A stretch of DNA of 43,400 nt, from the IMG/VR virus record IMGVR_UViG_3300045187_000085, positions 1-43,400 of that record; one strand, given 5' to 3'. The notes beneath the pieces were generated by a model. That model was not told the DNA's origin. It saw only the letters and a list, made by a program, of their open reading frames with translations, and searched no databases. This DNA comes from a virus. Taxonomy: Duplodnaviria; Caudoviricetes. Position numbers and translations under genes: made by a program. Below are positions 16,380-25,012 of this stretch, in pieces. Each line of letters opens with the position of its first letter. Position 1 is the first letter of the stretch.

Positions 16380-16906
16380 GCCGCACCGCTCGGTGTCGAT
16401 AGTGCTGACACAACATCCCAGCCGCGGCGAATGCGGCTCCTGACCGCGCTGCGATCGATGCCGAAATGCCGGCACCACCCGGTCATCGTCTTCGTGACGC
16501 CGTCGATCGTGATCTTGCGGCAGATGCCGTGATTCTCGTTCTGCTCCTGCGGCGTAGCCCAGCGGACGTTCCCCACCTCGTAGTGGCCGTTCGTATCAAT
16601 GCGATCGAGTGTGTGTTCCGGCGTTGGCGCGAAACCGATGTCGTCGAAGAACTCCTCGAAGCTCTTGAAGCGGAACTTGATGCCCCGGCCGCCGTACCAC
16701 TTGTAGGAGTGCTCCTTCTTCGAGGTGCAGCGCGCACGGGCTGAATAGTAGGCGCGGTACTCTTTGGTGCCGGCCATATGGTGCGTCACCTTGCTGTTCC
16801 GCTTCGGATCGGCGCGACCGTTTCGTCGGCGCTTGGGCCGCCTGCCGTATTTCACGTCGAGGAGCCGCGTGTCGGTCATAGCGAGAACGCGAAGATGCCC
16901 AGCCAT
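16376..16906 (-). CDS. HNH endonuclease with C-terminal DNA-binding domain
   Basis: YGGRGI, TLDRIDTNGHYEVGNVRWAT..EQNEN; ITIDGVTKTMTGW. Confidence 0.85.
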   Translation of the reverse strand: MAGHLRVLAMTDTRLLDVKYGRRPKRRRNGRADPKRNSKVTHHMAGTKEYRAYYSARARCTSKKEHSYKWYGGRGIKFRFKSFEEFFDDIGFAPTPEHTLDRIDTNGHYEVGNVRWATPQEQNENHGICRKITIDGVTKTMTGWCRHFGIDRSAVRSRIRRGWDVVSALSTPSGAA

Positions 16907-17145
16907 CACGCCACCTCCCAAGGGAAGACCGCCTCGCCCTGCCTCGGGTAGAGAACCCGACACGCCAATCGGATCGCTGGAGGAGCCCCTTCGCGCTGGT
17001 AATTGCTGACCGATGCCTTGCTGATCCCCAGCGCCTTCGCAGCCGCGGCGCCGGTGTATCCCATGAGTTCGAGCCACGCCTTGAACTCGGTCGCAGACAT
17101 GTCGCGGCCCCCGTTCACGACACTCGATTTCACTCGCTGGTTCAT
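16906..17145 (-). CDS. Small XRE-type HTH regulator
   Basis: MSATEFKAWLELMGYTGAAAAKALGISKASVSNY. Confidence 0.75.
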   Translation of the reverse strand: MNQRVKSSVVNGGRDMSATEFKAWLELMGYTGAAAAKALGISKASVSNYQREGAPPAIRLACRVLYPRQGEAVFPWEVA

Positions 17146-17196
17146 TTGCGGAATGTTCTCTCGCTATAGGGCATTTTCGTTCATCTGCTGAACACA

Positions 17197-17236
17197 CGTA
17201 TACGCATTGCACACGAATATCAATACGTGTCGTAGC
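17197..17236 (-). promoter_or_regulatory. Putative leftward promoter with adjacent degenerate operator
   Basis: TTGATA...TATACG on minus strand; AATAC-GTGTC-GTAGC at 17222-17236. Confidence 0.4.
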
Positions 17237-17479
17237 GATAATCTCAACGATGCCCCCGCACCCACCCCGCCGACCAGAAGGGTGTTTTCTGGATTGGAGA
17301 ATAAATCTCTCGCCGCGCCGGTCCTGAGCTAACTGCCTGTTTTTTAACCGCGAATGGGGTAGGGGTTCATCATAGAGGGTCTGATGGTCGAGCTGCTGGC
17401 GTCACTTGGCACGCGGCTTGCTTTCGCGTGCGCCCGTGCTGTTATCGGCCTTGCTGGCGGCAACTTTTCTTCATCAATT

Positions 17480-17494
17480 AATACATTTCGTATT
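17480..17494. promoter_or_regulatory. Operator-like palindrome AATAC-ATTTC-GTATT overlapping a putative rightward -35 (TTGCAT)
   Basis: Same consensus as the sites in the cro/cI and PL regions. Confidence 0.6.
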
Positions 17495-17631
17495 GCATCA
17501 TCCGGCGAGTCGTGCTTCTATTCGTTCAGGCAATGGTGCCGACGGGGACTGAGCAAGGCGAGTGTGCCGACGGTCTCTGAACTACCCAGGCAGACAGGCA
17601 ATTGTGCCTACCGATAGAGGAACCCCAATTC

Positions 17632-17871
17632 ATGCAGCCCGCAGCTTTCGCTACCTACTTCGACACCTGGGCCGGCCCTATCACCGCCGCGCTGGTTCCA
17701 TTCCGCACGAAGCGCAAGGGCGTGACGGTCACGCGCTACCGCTGGCAGGCCGCCAATGGGCAGGCCGTGGGCGGCTTCGCCTCGCCCTTCATGACCGTTG
17801 AGGGGGCGCTGCGCGCCATCGAGCGTCACGCCTGCTTTGCGGGCGGCGTGAAGGCGGAGGCGCAGGCATGA
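17632..17871 (+). CDS. Hypothetical protein
   Basis: SD gagg upstream; first gene of the plus-strand island. Confidence 0.65.
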   Translation: MQPAAFATYFDTWAGPITAALVPFRTKRKGVTVTRYRWQAANGQAVGGFASPFMTVEGALRAIERHACFAGGVKAEAQA

Positions 17872-18014
17872 CCATGCGTGTCACCGTCACCGTTCACAAC
17901 GCCGGCCCGCATACCATTTGGGCAAAGCTGGCCGCACTGCTTGGCCGTGAGCCGACCAATGCAGAAGCGGCGGAGGAAGTCCGGCGCATCCTGCGCGAAG
18001 CAAGGGAGGGATGA
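17868..18014 (+). CDS. Small hypothetical protein (48 aa)
   Basis: Not in ORF track; ATGA overlaps at both ends; TIWAKLAALLGREPTNAEAAEEVRRIL. Confidence 0.65.
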   Translation: MTMRVTVTVHNAGPHTIWAKLAALLGREPTNAEAAEEVRRILREAREG

Positions 18015-18259
18015 ACATGTTGCAAGTCTGGGCCTATCCCGACCGCGCCGACGTGACGCGCTATGGCGTGTTCGCCCGGTTCAGCGACTTCGGCGGCACC
18101 GACGTCAGCTATTACTTTCACCGCCTCGGCGATGACGGGCGCATCATCGAATACGAGAACGGCGGGCGCTGCCTCGACGTGGTGTCCGGCGCGCGCCTCA
18201 AGACCGCCAAGCGCGTCGGCGCCATCGCCCCCGGCGACGCCTTCACCACCCCCGCCTAG
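18011..18259 (+). CDS. Hypothetical protein
   Basis: ATGA-coupled, good codon usage. Confidence 0.7.
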   Translation: MNMLQVWAYPDRADVTRYGVFARFSDFGGTDVSYYFHRLGDDGRIIEYENGGRCLDVVSGARLKTAKRVGAIAPGDAFTTPA

Positions 18260-18347
18260 CGCCTTGCGTAACCGGCGCGCGCCGCCGGTTATCTGGCCGC
18301 TAGACCGCCAAAGGGCAATCGTGCCCGCCTATCGAAGGAGTCGACCT

Positions 18348-18476
18348 ATGAAGACCGATATTCACGCCACCCGCCGCGACACGTTCGCCAACCGGCCGGA
18401 AGGCCGAGTCCGTCGCGATGAACGCCGCAACGCGCGCACCGCAAAGCAGGCTTTCGCCTTTATGGCGTCGGTGTAG
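18348..18476 (+). CDS. Small basic protein (42 aa)
   Basis: aaggag SD after a hairpin motif; MKTDIHATRRDTF. Confidence 0.55.
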   Translation: MKTDIHATRRDTFANRPEGRVRRDERRNARTAKQAFAFMASV

Positions 18477-18489
18477 GGAGGTGAGCAAT

Positions 18490-18795
18490 ATGGCTTGGGA
18501 AATCGAATCCCGAGGCATCAAGGATGAGATGCTGAAAGAACCTGGCCCGAATGGCCGCTGGCTGTTCCGTATTCAGGAAATGCCCGGCCTTGGCCGCGAC
18601 GCCGTGCCTATCCGGCATACCATCATGGCCGCGCCCGACATGCTGGCGGCGCTGAAGCAGGCCGAGTCCGACCAAATGGCATATGTCGACCGGCTCTATC
18701 GCGACGGGCCTCGCATGGCCGGGAGCCTTGCGGAAGCGCGCGCACGCCTTGCGGCAACTCGTGCCGCCATCGCGAAAGCCGAGGGCGCGGCCTAA
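18490..18795 (+). CDS. Hypothetical phage protein with AAPD(M/L)LAAL...RAAIAKAEG motif
   Basis: ggaggtg SD; motif common in small phage proteins. Confidence 0.7.
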   Translation: MAWEIESRGIKDEMLKEPGPNGRWLFRIQEMPGLGRDAVPIRHTIMAAPDMLAALKQAESDQMAYVDRLYRDGPRMAGSLAEARARLAATRAAIAKAEGAA

Positions 18796-18879
18796 CCCGC
18801 CGCGCCTGCCCCTACCCCTGAAACCGCTCTGCCCGCGCTTCAAGCGCCACGGCGAAGCTATGCCCGAAAGGTCAAAACG

Positions 18880-20217
18880 ATGATTTCTTACACCGCCACC
18901 TATTCGCCCGAAGACAACAAATTGCGCCTTTATGCGTCGTCGCGCCTTGATGCCGAGACTTACCAGCGCGTCAAGGCCGCCGGCTTCGTATGGGCTCCCA
19001 AGCAAGAGCTATTCGTTGCGCCGAAATGGACGCCTGGCCGGGAGGATTTTCTTGTTGAGTTGGCCGGCGAAATCGAGCCGGAAGAGATGACGCTTGCCGA
19101 GCGAGCGCAGGCCAAGGCTGAACGCCTCGACAATCTCGCCCACAAGCGCCACCGGGAGGCCAACGCCTTTCAGCGAGCCGCGCAACAGCTTTCCGAAGGG
19201 TTCAGCGGCGGGCAGCCGATTCTCGTCGGCCATCACTCCGAGCGCAAGGCGATGAAGACGAAAGAGCGCATGGACGCTGCGCAGGAAAAGGCAATCAAGG
19301 CCGCGAAACTGGCTGATTACTGGCTCTATCGCGCCGATGGTGTTGAAGCCCATGCGAACTATAAGAATGATCCGCGCACCCGCGCCCGGCGCATTAAGAC
19401 GTTGCTGGCCGAGCTGCGCGACCTGCAAGGCAATCTCAACAACTGCCATGCCGCGCTAGCGTTTTGGGGTCGTGTCACCGATGACGAGACAATCATCAAA
19501 GCCGCAAGTTATGGCAAGTTCACCAAGTTCGGCGACCACGGCGCACTGGAACGCGGCGAGAAGACGCCGCAAGGTCTACGCGCTGAACGGATCGAAGCTT
19601 ATCAGCGCGCCCTTGATTCCGGATATTATGAACGCTGGATTTCCCATATTCTGAATCGCCTTTCGTATGAGCGCGAATTGCTCGGCAACGTGCCGCGCCA
19701 CGAAGGCGAGTTGCGGGAAACAGCGATTCAGATGTTCGCCCGCGAGCATGGCGCGGAGAAGCCGAAGGCGACGGCAACAGATTTCGGCTTTGTGCTGGAA
19801 TCGCCCGTCCCGCTTCCCGCTCATATCGGCCAAGGCAAGACGCTGGAACTTTCGCCGGACGAATGGCGCGATCTCATGCGGGATTGCGGCTATTCCATCC
19901 CTGACGTGAAGCGCAACGAAAAGGTGGCGATCGTCAACGTCAAGGCCGGCGCCATCATGGTCAACCGTTTCGGCAAGCAACAGGCAATTCCCGTTGTCGA
20001 GATGACCAAGGCCGAATACGGCAAGATTTACGCCGAGCAACGCGGCACCTTCACAAGCGCAGACGGCACGTTCCGCGTGAAGGTCTGCCCGAATCCGAGA
20101 ACTGACGTTCCCCGCTATATGGCGGGATGGTGCGCGGTTTTCCTCACGGATTCGAAGGTTCACCCGACGCCGGATAGCGATTGCATTCTGGCTGAAATGC
20201 CGGAGGCCGCAGCATGA
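18880..20217 (+). CDS. DUF3560 domain protein
   Basis: ATYSPEDNKLRLY, GFVWAPKQELFVAPKWTPGRED, GQPILVGHHSERKA motifs. Confidence 0.85.
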   Translation: MISYTATYSPEDNKLRLYASSRLDAETYQRVKAAGFVWAPKQELFVAPKWTPGREDFLVELAGEIEPEEMTLAERAQAKAERLDNLAHKRHREANAFQRAAQQLSEGFSGGQPILVGHHSERKAMKTKERMDAAQEKAIKAAKLADYWLYRADGVEAHANYKNDPRTRARRIKTLLAELRDLQGNLNNCHAALAFWGRVTDDETIIKAASYGKFTKFGDHGALERGEKTPQGLRAERIEAYQRALDSGYYERWISHILNRLSYERELLGNVPRHEGELRETAIQMFAREHGAEKPKATATDFGFVLESPVPLPAHIGQGKTLELSPDEWRDLMRDCGYSIPDVKRNEKVAIVNVKAGAIMVNRFGKQQAIPVVEMTKAEYGKIYAEQRGTFTSADGTFRVKVCPNPRTDVPRYMAGWCAVFLTDSKVHPTPDSDCILAEMPEAAA

Positions 20218-20819
20218 GCCGCCCCGCGCATTTCAACCGGCCCGACAAGCCCTTGTTTCTGGACAGGCAGCGCCGTGAACGCTTCGGCGATCTGGAGAAG
20301 GTCGAGCTTGTCGAGCCCGTCATGGTCGACCGCGCCACGGAATGCCACGTCACGCCCGGCGACGTCGCGGCCCGCATGGTTGACTATCTCGGCCCGCAAG
20401 GCGACTGGTTGACCTTGGAGCCTAGCGCCGGGACCGGGCAGCTTTCCCGCGCGCTGTTGGCGGCCGGGCATAGCCGATACGAGCTTGTCCAGGTCGAGCG
20501 CCACATAAAGCTTGCGGCCGGGCTTCACGGCTTCGGATCGGTCGTCAATCGCTGCTTTCTGGAATGGGCCGGCGAAGTCGTGGGAAAGGTGGAGTTCCCG
20601 CGGGTCATCATGAACCCGCCATTTAGCGACGTGCGAAAGCATGTCGCGGCGGCGCTATCCCTAATGGGGCGGGGCGGGCACGCCGAGCCGGCGACTCTCG
20701 TCGCCTTGGTGCCGATCACGTTTCAGCACGACGACGCGGAGACGCTGGAAACCCTCCCGCCTGACACGTTCGCAACGGCGAAAGTCCACACCAAGATAAT
20801 CCGGATCGAACGCCGATGA
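20214..20819 (+). CDS. Amino (N6-adenine-type) methyltransferase
   Basis: TP..VAARMV, LEPSAGTG (motif I), IMNPPF (motif IV). Confidence 0.85.
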   Translation: MSRPAHFNRPDKPLFLDRQRRERFGDLEKVELVEPVMVDRATECHVTPGDVAARMVDYLGPQGDWLTLEPSAGTGQLSRALLAAGHSRYELVQVERHIKLAAGLHGFGSVVNRCFLEWAGEVVGKVEFPRVIMNPPFSDVRKHVAAALSLMGRGGHAEPATLVALVPITFQHDDAETLETLPPDTFATAKVHTKIIRIERR

Positions 20820-20959
20820 TCCGCGCCATTCTCTCCGAGCTCGCCGCGGCGAGCTGGCGCGACTGGCTCGCCTGCTTGGCCGAGTTCGCCGGAATGGCCG
20901 TCATTGTCGCGTCAATCGCCCTGATCTGCGTCGGGCTCGCGCCCGATCTGAACCCATAG
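20816..20959 (+). CDS. Small membrane protein (47 aa)
   Basis: Not in ORF track; ATGA-coupled; hydrophobic AGMAVIVASIALICVGLA. Confidence 0.55.
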   Translation: MIRAILSELAAASWRDWLACLAEFAGMAVIVASIALICVGLAPDLNP

Positions 20960-20973
20960 GAGGATTCAGACCA

Positions 20974-21180
20974 ATGTCATTCTCATTCAAAACACAACAG
21001 GCGGTTGTGCCCTATCGCCTGTGGCTTGGCGCTGGCGGCGTTCGCTACCTGCTGCACGGCCAATCGACGCCCGGACACAATAACGGCGTTCCGGTCAAAT
21101 CTGTATCGGAAGCCAAAAGGATTGCGGCCGCTTGGCGTGAAAGCGGTATCCGCGCGCCTTATGATCCGCTCGACGCCTAG
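20974..21180 (+). CDS. Hypothetical protein
   Basis: aggagg SD. Confidence 0.65.
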   Translation: MSFSFKTQQAVVPYRLWLGAGGVRYLLHGQSTPGHNNGVPVKSVSEAKRIAAAWRESGIRAPYDPLDA

Positions 21181-21273
21181 CAGGATTCCAGCCTTCACGG
21201 CCGCCGTTGGTGGCCGTGCGGGGTGCAATCGCACCGCCTGGCAATCGTGCCAACCAACAGAAGGAGTCCAACC

Positions 21274-21690
21274 ATGACGGCAGTTTTCAAGGATTCGGAC
21301 GGCGACTTTCTGCCCGTGCCGCGCGCCCGCTCTATGGCCGCGATTAAGCGCGCCAGCATGACGGCAACACGCGCCCGCCTGAAATCGAGGTCCATATCGG
21401 CCAAGGAACACGCCGCCCTGCGCGCCTATCAGTACGCATTGGCAATGACCGGCAACGAATGCCCGCACTCGATTTCGCTGCGTCGTGAGGCTATTCGCTG
21501 CGTGACATTCGACCTAAATTCCGAAGGCCGCAGCGTCCCGCGCAATGTCTATCTAGGAGGCGCGATTCCGTTCGAGATTCCGAATTGGGATTTCGTGCCG
21601 GAGGAGCCGCGCTTGATTGTGGATCGCCCCGCGTATCGCGCGCCGTCGCATTTCTATTCATCCGCCTCAGCTTTGCAGATGGCCGCCTAG
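21274..21690 (+). CDS. Hypothetical protein
   Basis: aaggag SD after a hairpin motif; start MTAVFKD. Confidence 0.7.
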   Translation: MTAVFKDSDGDFLPVPRARSMAAIKRASMTATRARLKSRSISAKEHAALRAYQYALAMTGNECPHSISLRREAIRCVTFDLNSEGRSVPRNVYLGGAIPFEIPNWDFVPEEPRLIVDRPAYRAPSHFYSSASALQMAA

Positions 21691-21793
21691 CAGCCTCACC
21701 AGCGGGCGCGGGCTGATCTGCGCCCCCCTACACCAGAAACAACGCCAGCGCCCGCCACAGGCCGCGCTTGGCTGAACAGGAAAGGATTCCGAG

Positions 21794-22198
21794 ATGAAGA
21801 CCTATTCTGTCCTGATCGCATGGAACGACAGCGACGACGAAGAAGGCGATTACGGGGCGACTGTGCGCGCCGCCGACCGTGACGAAGCCGAGTCCAAGGT
21901 TCGCGTATTGATGGCCGTTGACGATCAATTCGCAGACGACGGGCCGCGCGAGTATGGCCGCCTGCTCGATTGCACGGAAGGCGCAATGTGGAAGGCTGCC
22001 GATCTGGAGGCCGCATTGCGCGACATGCGCGTCGCCTATGGCCGCCTGCATGACTTCCTGTCCGACGCCATCGAAGGCGGAAGGCTCAAGGAAAGCGACC
22101 TGCCCGACGATTATCTGGCGATCGTCACCCAACTGGAAACCTGCGCCGCTGCCGATCACAAGGCGAAAGCGATCATCGCTGAAATCGACGCGCTCTAA
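21794..22198 (+). CDS. Acidic hypothetical protein
   Basis: aaagga SD; good codon usage. Confidence 0.75.
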   Translation: MKTYSVLIAWNDSDDEEGDYGATVRAADRDEAESKVRVLMAVDDQFADDGPREYGRLLDCTEGAMWKAADLEAALRDMRVAYGRLHDFLSDAIEGGRLKESDLPDDYLAIVTQLETCAAADHKAKAIIAEIDAL

Positions 22199-22239
22199 CC
22201 GTCATCCGCCAATCGTGGCGACCATAAAGGAGAACCCCA

Positions 22240-22725
22240 ATGACCGAACGCAATTTCGACGCCATCGCCTTTTTGTTCGATCTGGTTCAGCCTATGCTGA
22301 CCGAGTTCGATGATTATCGGATCGACGGCGCGCTGAAGGCCGCCAAGGAGCAGCACGCCGCCGCCCTAACGGATTCAGCGATGTTCGACCTGCTTTGCGA
22401 GAGCTTCGACGCATGGAACGGCGAGGAGGTTTCCGTGAAGGAAGAACACGCCGACCTGATCGAGAAGTCAGAAGCATTCATCAATGCCGCACGGCCACGC
22501 TTCTCCGCACCAATCTGCATGGAAGACCTGATAGAGAAGGATGCCGCCGACCGCGCTGCCGATCCCGTCAAGGCTGCGCTGCTCGACTGCATCGGCGCGC
22601 TGTCGGCCAGCATGGATCAAATTCATCAGATGCGCGGCATGTTTGATGATGCAGACGGCACGATTCAGGACGCGCTAGACGCCGCCGAGGATGCGCAGGC
22701 GAAGGCCCGCGAGGCGCTGGCCTGA
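22240..22725 (+). CDS. Acidic helical hypothetical protein
   Basis: aaggag SD after a hairpin motif. Confidence 0.75.
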   Translation: MTERNFDAIAFLFDLVQPMLTEFDDYRIDGALKAAKEQHAAALTDSAMFDLLCESFDAWNGEEVSVKEEHADLIEKSEAFINAARPRFSAPICMEDLIEKDAADRAADPVKAALLDCIGALSASMDQIHQMRGMFDDADGTIQDALDAAEDAQAKAREALA

Positions 22726-22901
22726 TGCGCGCTGTGCTCAAATATGTTCCAGCCCACGGGTTGCTTGTCACACTTTCCGAAGATGGGAAGCCCGAACGTT
22801 CGCGGCTCATCATCAAAGCTGAGCTTGGGAAGGACGTCGGATTGGCGAAGTCCGCAGCTTTCGCCGCCCTTGCCCTTGCTGGCTATTCGGTGGGCGGCTG
22901 A
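22725..22901 (+). CDS. Small hypothetical protein (58 aa)
   Basis: Not in ORF track; TGATG coupling; MRAVLKYVPAHGLLVTL. Confidence 0.5.
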   Translation: MRAVLKYVPAHGLLVTLSEDGKPERSRLIIKAELGKDVGLAKSAAFAALALAGYSVGG

Positions 22902-22903
22902 CC

Positions 22904-23209
22904 ATGACGCGCATATTCGATATGCTGCGGTCGCCTATGGGGGACCGAATGCGCAGATACCGCTACATCAAGATGACGCCGGCCGAGATTTCGGCAGCGC
23001 TCCAACGCACCGGCCTGACCGTCGGCCAGTTCTCGCGGATCATCGGCGCCAGATACAACGGCCCGGACGATTCCACGGTCCAGAAATGGCTGGATGGCAA
23101 GCAGGATGCCCCGACCTATCTCCCGGCCCTGTTCGCGCTCCTTGCCCTTCCTGGGGGCGTAGAGACGGCACGTGAGGCGGCCGAGCGCTATATCGAGGAG
23201 GATTCCTGA
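22904..23209 (+). CDS. XRE-like HTH protein
   Basis: MTPAEISAALQRTGLTVGQFSRIIG...STVQKWLDG. Confidence 0.7.
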   Translation: MTRIFDMLRSPMGDRMRRYRYIKMTPAEISAALQRTGLTVGQFSRIIGARYNGPDDSTVQKWLDGKQDAPTYLPALFALLALPGGVETAREAAERYIEEDS

Positions 23210-23393
23210 TGGCACGCCCGAAGCTTGGCGCGAGCGAAACCGAGCGGCTGCACGTCAAGATCACCGCTGATGAGGTGCGTGCCATAGAGGATTGGCGATA
23301 CGAGAATCGCGTGCCGTCTCGATCCGAGGCCGTTCGCCGCCTTATCCAGATCGGTCTTGAAACCAGCAAGGGGGAGGATTCCTGATGGCACGC
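23197..23393 (+). repeat. Exact 21-bp direct repeat ggaggattcctgatggcacgc at 23197-23217 and 23373-23393 flanking the RHH gene
   Basis: Read directly. Confidence 0.9.
23209..23385 (+). CDS. Ribbon-helix-helix (CopG/Arc-like) regulator, 58 aa
   Basis: Not in ORF track; MARPKLGASETERLHVKITADEVRAIEDWRYENRVPSRSEAVRRLIQIGL. Confidence 0.8.
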   Translation: MARPKLGASETERLHVKITADEVRAIEDWRYENRVPSRSEAVRRLIQIGLETSKGEDS

Positions 23394-23741
23394 GGCTGGA
23401 AAGGAAACGCGCTCGGACTCCAGAAATGGGAGGTCGAGTGCGCCCACAAGGCCAGGCTCGACGCAACCGAAGCCGTGGCGCACCTGATGCGGCAGGGGAA
23501 GACGTTCAACGACGCAAAAGCCGAGATCGTGAAGCGCGCCCGGTCGGTCTACAAGTTCAGCCGGCCGGAGCTTTACGAGGGATATTTGCGCTGTGTCAGC
23601 GATGTGCAGTTCTCCGACATGCCGCGCGACATCTTCCGCAAGATCGAGGACGATTTCCGGGCGTCGATCGAGAAGCAGCGCGGGAAGCCGTTCAACTGGC
23701 TGGATCGGATTCTCTGGCGCGCGTTCGGAGTGACATTCTGA
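23385..23741 (+). CDS. Hypothetical protein
   Basis: TGATG-coupled; ggagg SD. Confidence 0.7.
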   Translation: MARGWKGNALGLQKWEVECAHKARLDATEAVAHLMRQGKTFNDAKAEIVKRARSVYKFSRPELYEGYLRCVSDVQFSDMPRDIFRKIEDDFRASIEKQRGKPFNWLDRILWRAFGVTF

Positions 23742-24208
23742 TGGGAACCATTGACTGGATTGAAGTTGCCAAAATCGCCCTTCCGTTTTTCGGCGGTTTG
23801 GGCGGTGTGTGGCTCGGATCCTTGCTAACTCTCAGGCGCTTCAAATCGGAGCGCATAATTGAGCGTCAAATCGCGGCAATAGCCGATGTGGGGCAGGCGC
23901 TTTCCGAAATGGACCGGGTGATTTTCATGTGGATTCGAGAACTCACCCGCGAGGCAGAATATCCAAAGGAATATTCCGATGATCTCGAAGCGCGCTACAA
24001 AGCCGCGCGCAGGCAGTTTGAAACGACATCAGCGGTTGCCTCACTTCTACTGCCTAAACATGTAAACGAGGCGTTGGTCGCGATGGACCGACAACTGAAC
24101 GTCGGACGAGGCGTCGACCAGTTCGATAGCTTGTCCGCCGATGGGATCAAGATTCAAGAAACCCTAGACGTGTTGGTTGCGTATAGCCAGAAGCATTTTC
24201 GTGGCTGA
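23741..24208 (+). CDS. N-terminally membrane-anchored protein, moron-like
   Basis: IALPFFGGLGGVWLGSLL TM segment; lower GC; start at ATG 23741. Confidence 0.7.
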   Translation: MGTIDWIEVAKIALPFFGGLGGVWLGSLLTLRRFKSERIIERQIAAIADVGQALSEMDRVIFMWIRELTREAEYPKEYSDDLEARYKAARRQFETTSAVASLLLPKHVNEALVAMDRQLNVGRGVDQFDSLSADGIKIQETLDVLVAYSQKHFRG

Positions 24209-24217
24209 TGGCATGAT

Positions 24218-25012
24218 CTAGCCTGGCGTCTGATCCATCTTGAACGCCAGCGCGGATTCCGTGAGCCTGCGCGCCGTGAACCAGTCGGCCGCCGCCGGCC
24301 ACCGCCGCACGATTTCCTCCTCGGTCATCTCCGCGCGCGGGTGATGCCGATCCAAGCTCCAAGCCGCGAAGTCGAGCGCAAGGCGAATGGATTCCATCAC
24401 GCGCTGCTCATTCTTCGGCTTGAGCCCAAGCCATGGGAATTCGTTACGGCAGATGATCGCTCGCAGAAGCACCATGCAAGCTGGTGGAATATCTCCCTCA
24501 AGCTGCGCCACGATCTCGATGCAGCGGAATTTGCTCACCCCGATATGGCGCGGCCCAAATGATCCGCCCGGCGTCGCCTCGAAGTCCGGGCTGCGCAGCG
24601 GCGTTAGTTCGGCCTTCTCAAATATCTCGGCCAGTCTGGTCGCCGTCGTAATCCGCCCCCTGCCCTCCGCCCATGCGATCTCCATGGCCTTGTCGGTACG
24701 GATTCCCTCTATCCTTGAATTCAGATGGCCTTTGAGCACAAGCCATTGCATCGCGTCAGCGGCGTTGTTGCGGCGGATATCGCGCCGGCCGTCGCCGTAC
24801 CGCTCGATCTCGACAGGGCGGCCGTCGATCACCACCGGCGCGGATTCCGCCTGCGGCTTGCGGCCCTTCTTCACTGCTTTCGGCTTGGGTTCTTCGCGCG
24901 ACAGATGGCGCTCGACCATGGCGTAGAACCTTACCCGCGCCTCGTCGGCAGGGATTCCGCTGACATGGCCGGGCATGGCCGAACAAAGCGATTGCCACGG
25001 GACGCGCATCAC
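24218..25012 (-). CDS. Hypothetical protein at the end of the early operon (possible late-gene activator/antiterminator)
   Basis: ORF solid; function inferred only from the Q-like position. Confidence 0.6.
   Translation of the reverse strand: MMRVPWQSLCSAMPGHVSGIPADEARVRFYAMVERHLSREEPKPKAVKKGRKPQAESAPVVIDGRPVEIERYGDGRRDIRRNNAADAMQWLVLKGHLNSRIEGIRTDKAMEIAWAEGRGRITTATRLAEIFEKAELTPLRSPDFEATPGGSFGPRHIGVSKFRCIEIVAQLEGDIPPACMVLLRAIICRNEFPWLGLKPKNEQRVMESIRLALDFAAWSLDRHHPRAEMTEEEIVRRWPAAADWFTARRLTESALAFKMDQTPG

Larger units (their letters stand above)
17529..22220 (+). repeat. Dispersed hairpin motif (stem..CA-ATNG-TG..stem), five copies: 17529-17540, 17596-17609, 18313-18326, 21239-21252, 22207-22220
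   Basis: Read directly; stems covary (AGGCA/TGCCT, GGGCA/TGCCC, TGGCA/TGCCA, CGCCA/TGGCG); four lie just 5' of an SD. Confidence 0.75.

Noticed and set aside
17384-17617. 77-aa plus-strand ORF in the divergent intergenic region
   Set aside because: Runs through the promoter/operator and hairpins, with atypical composition
17529-22220. Hairpin repeats as a CRISPR array or integron attC sites
   Set aside because: Too short, irregularly spaced by whole genes, no cas or integron integrase, no attC core ends
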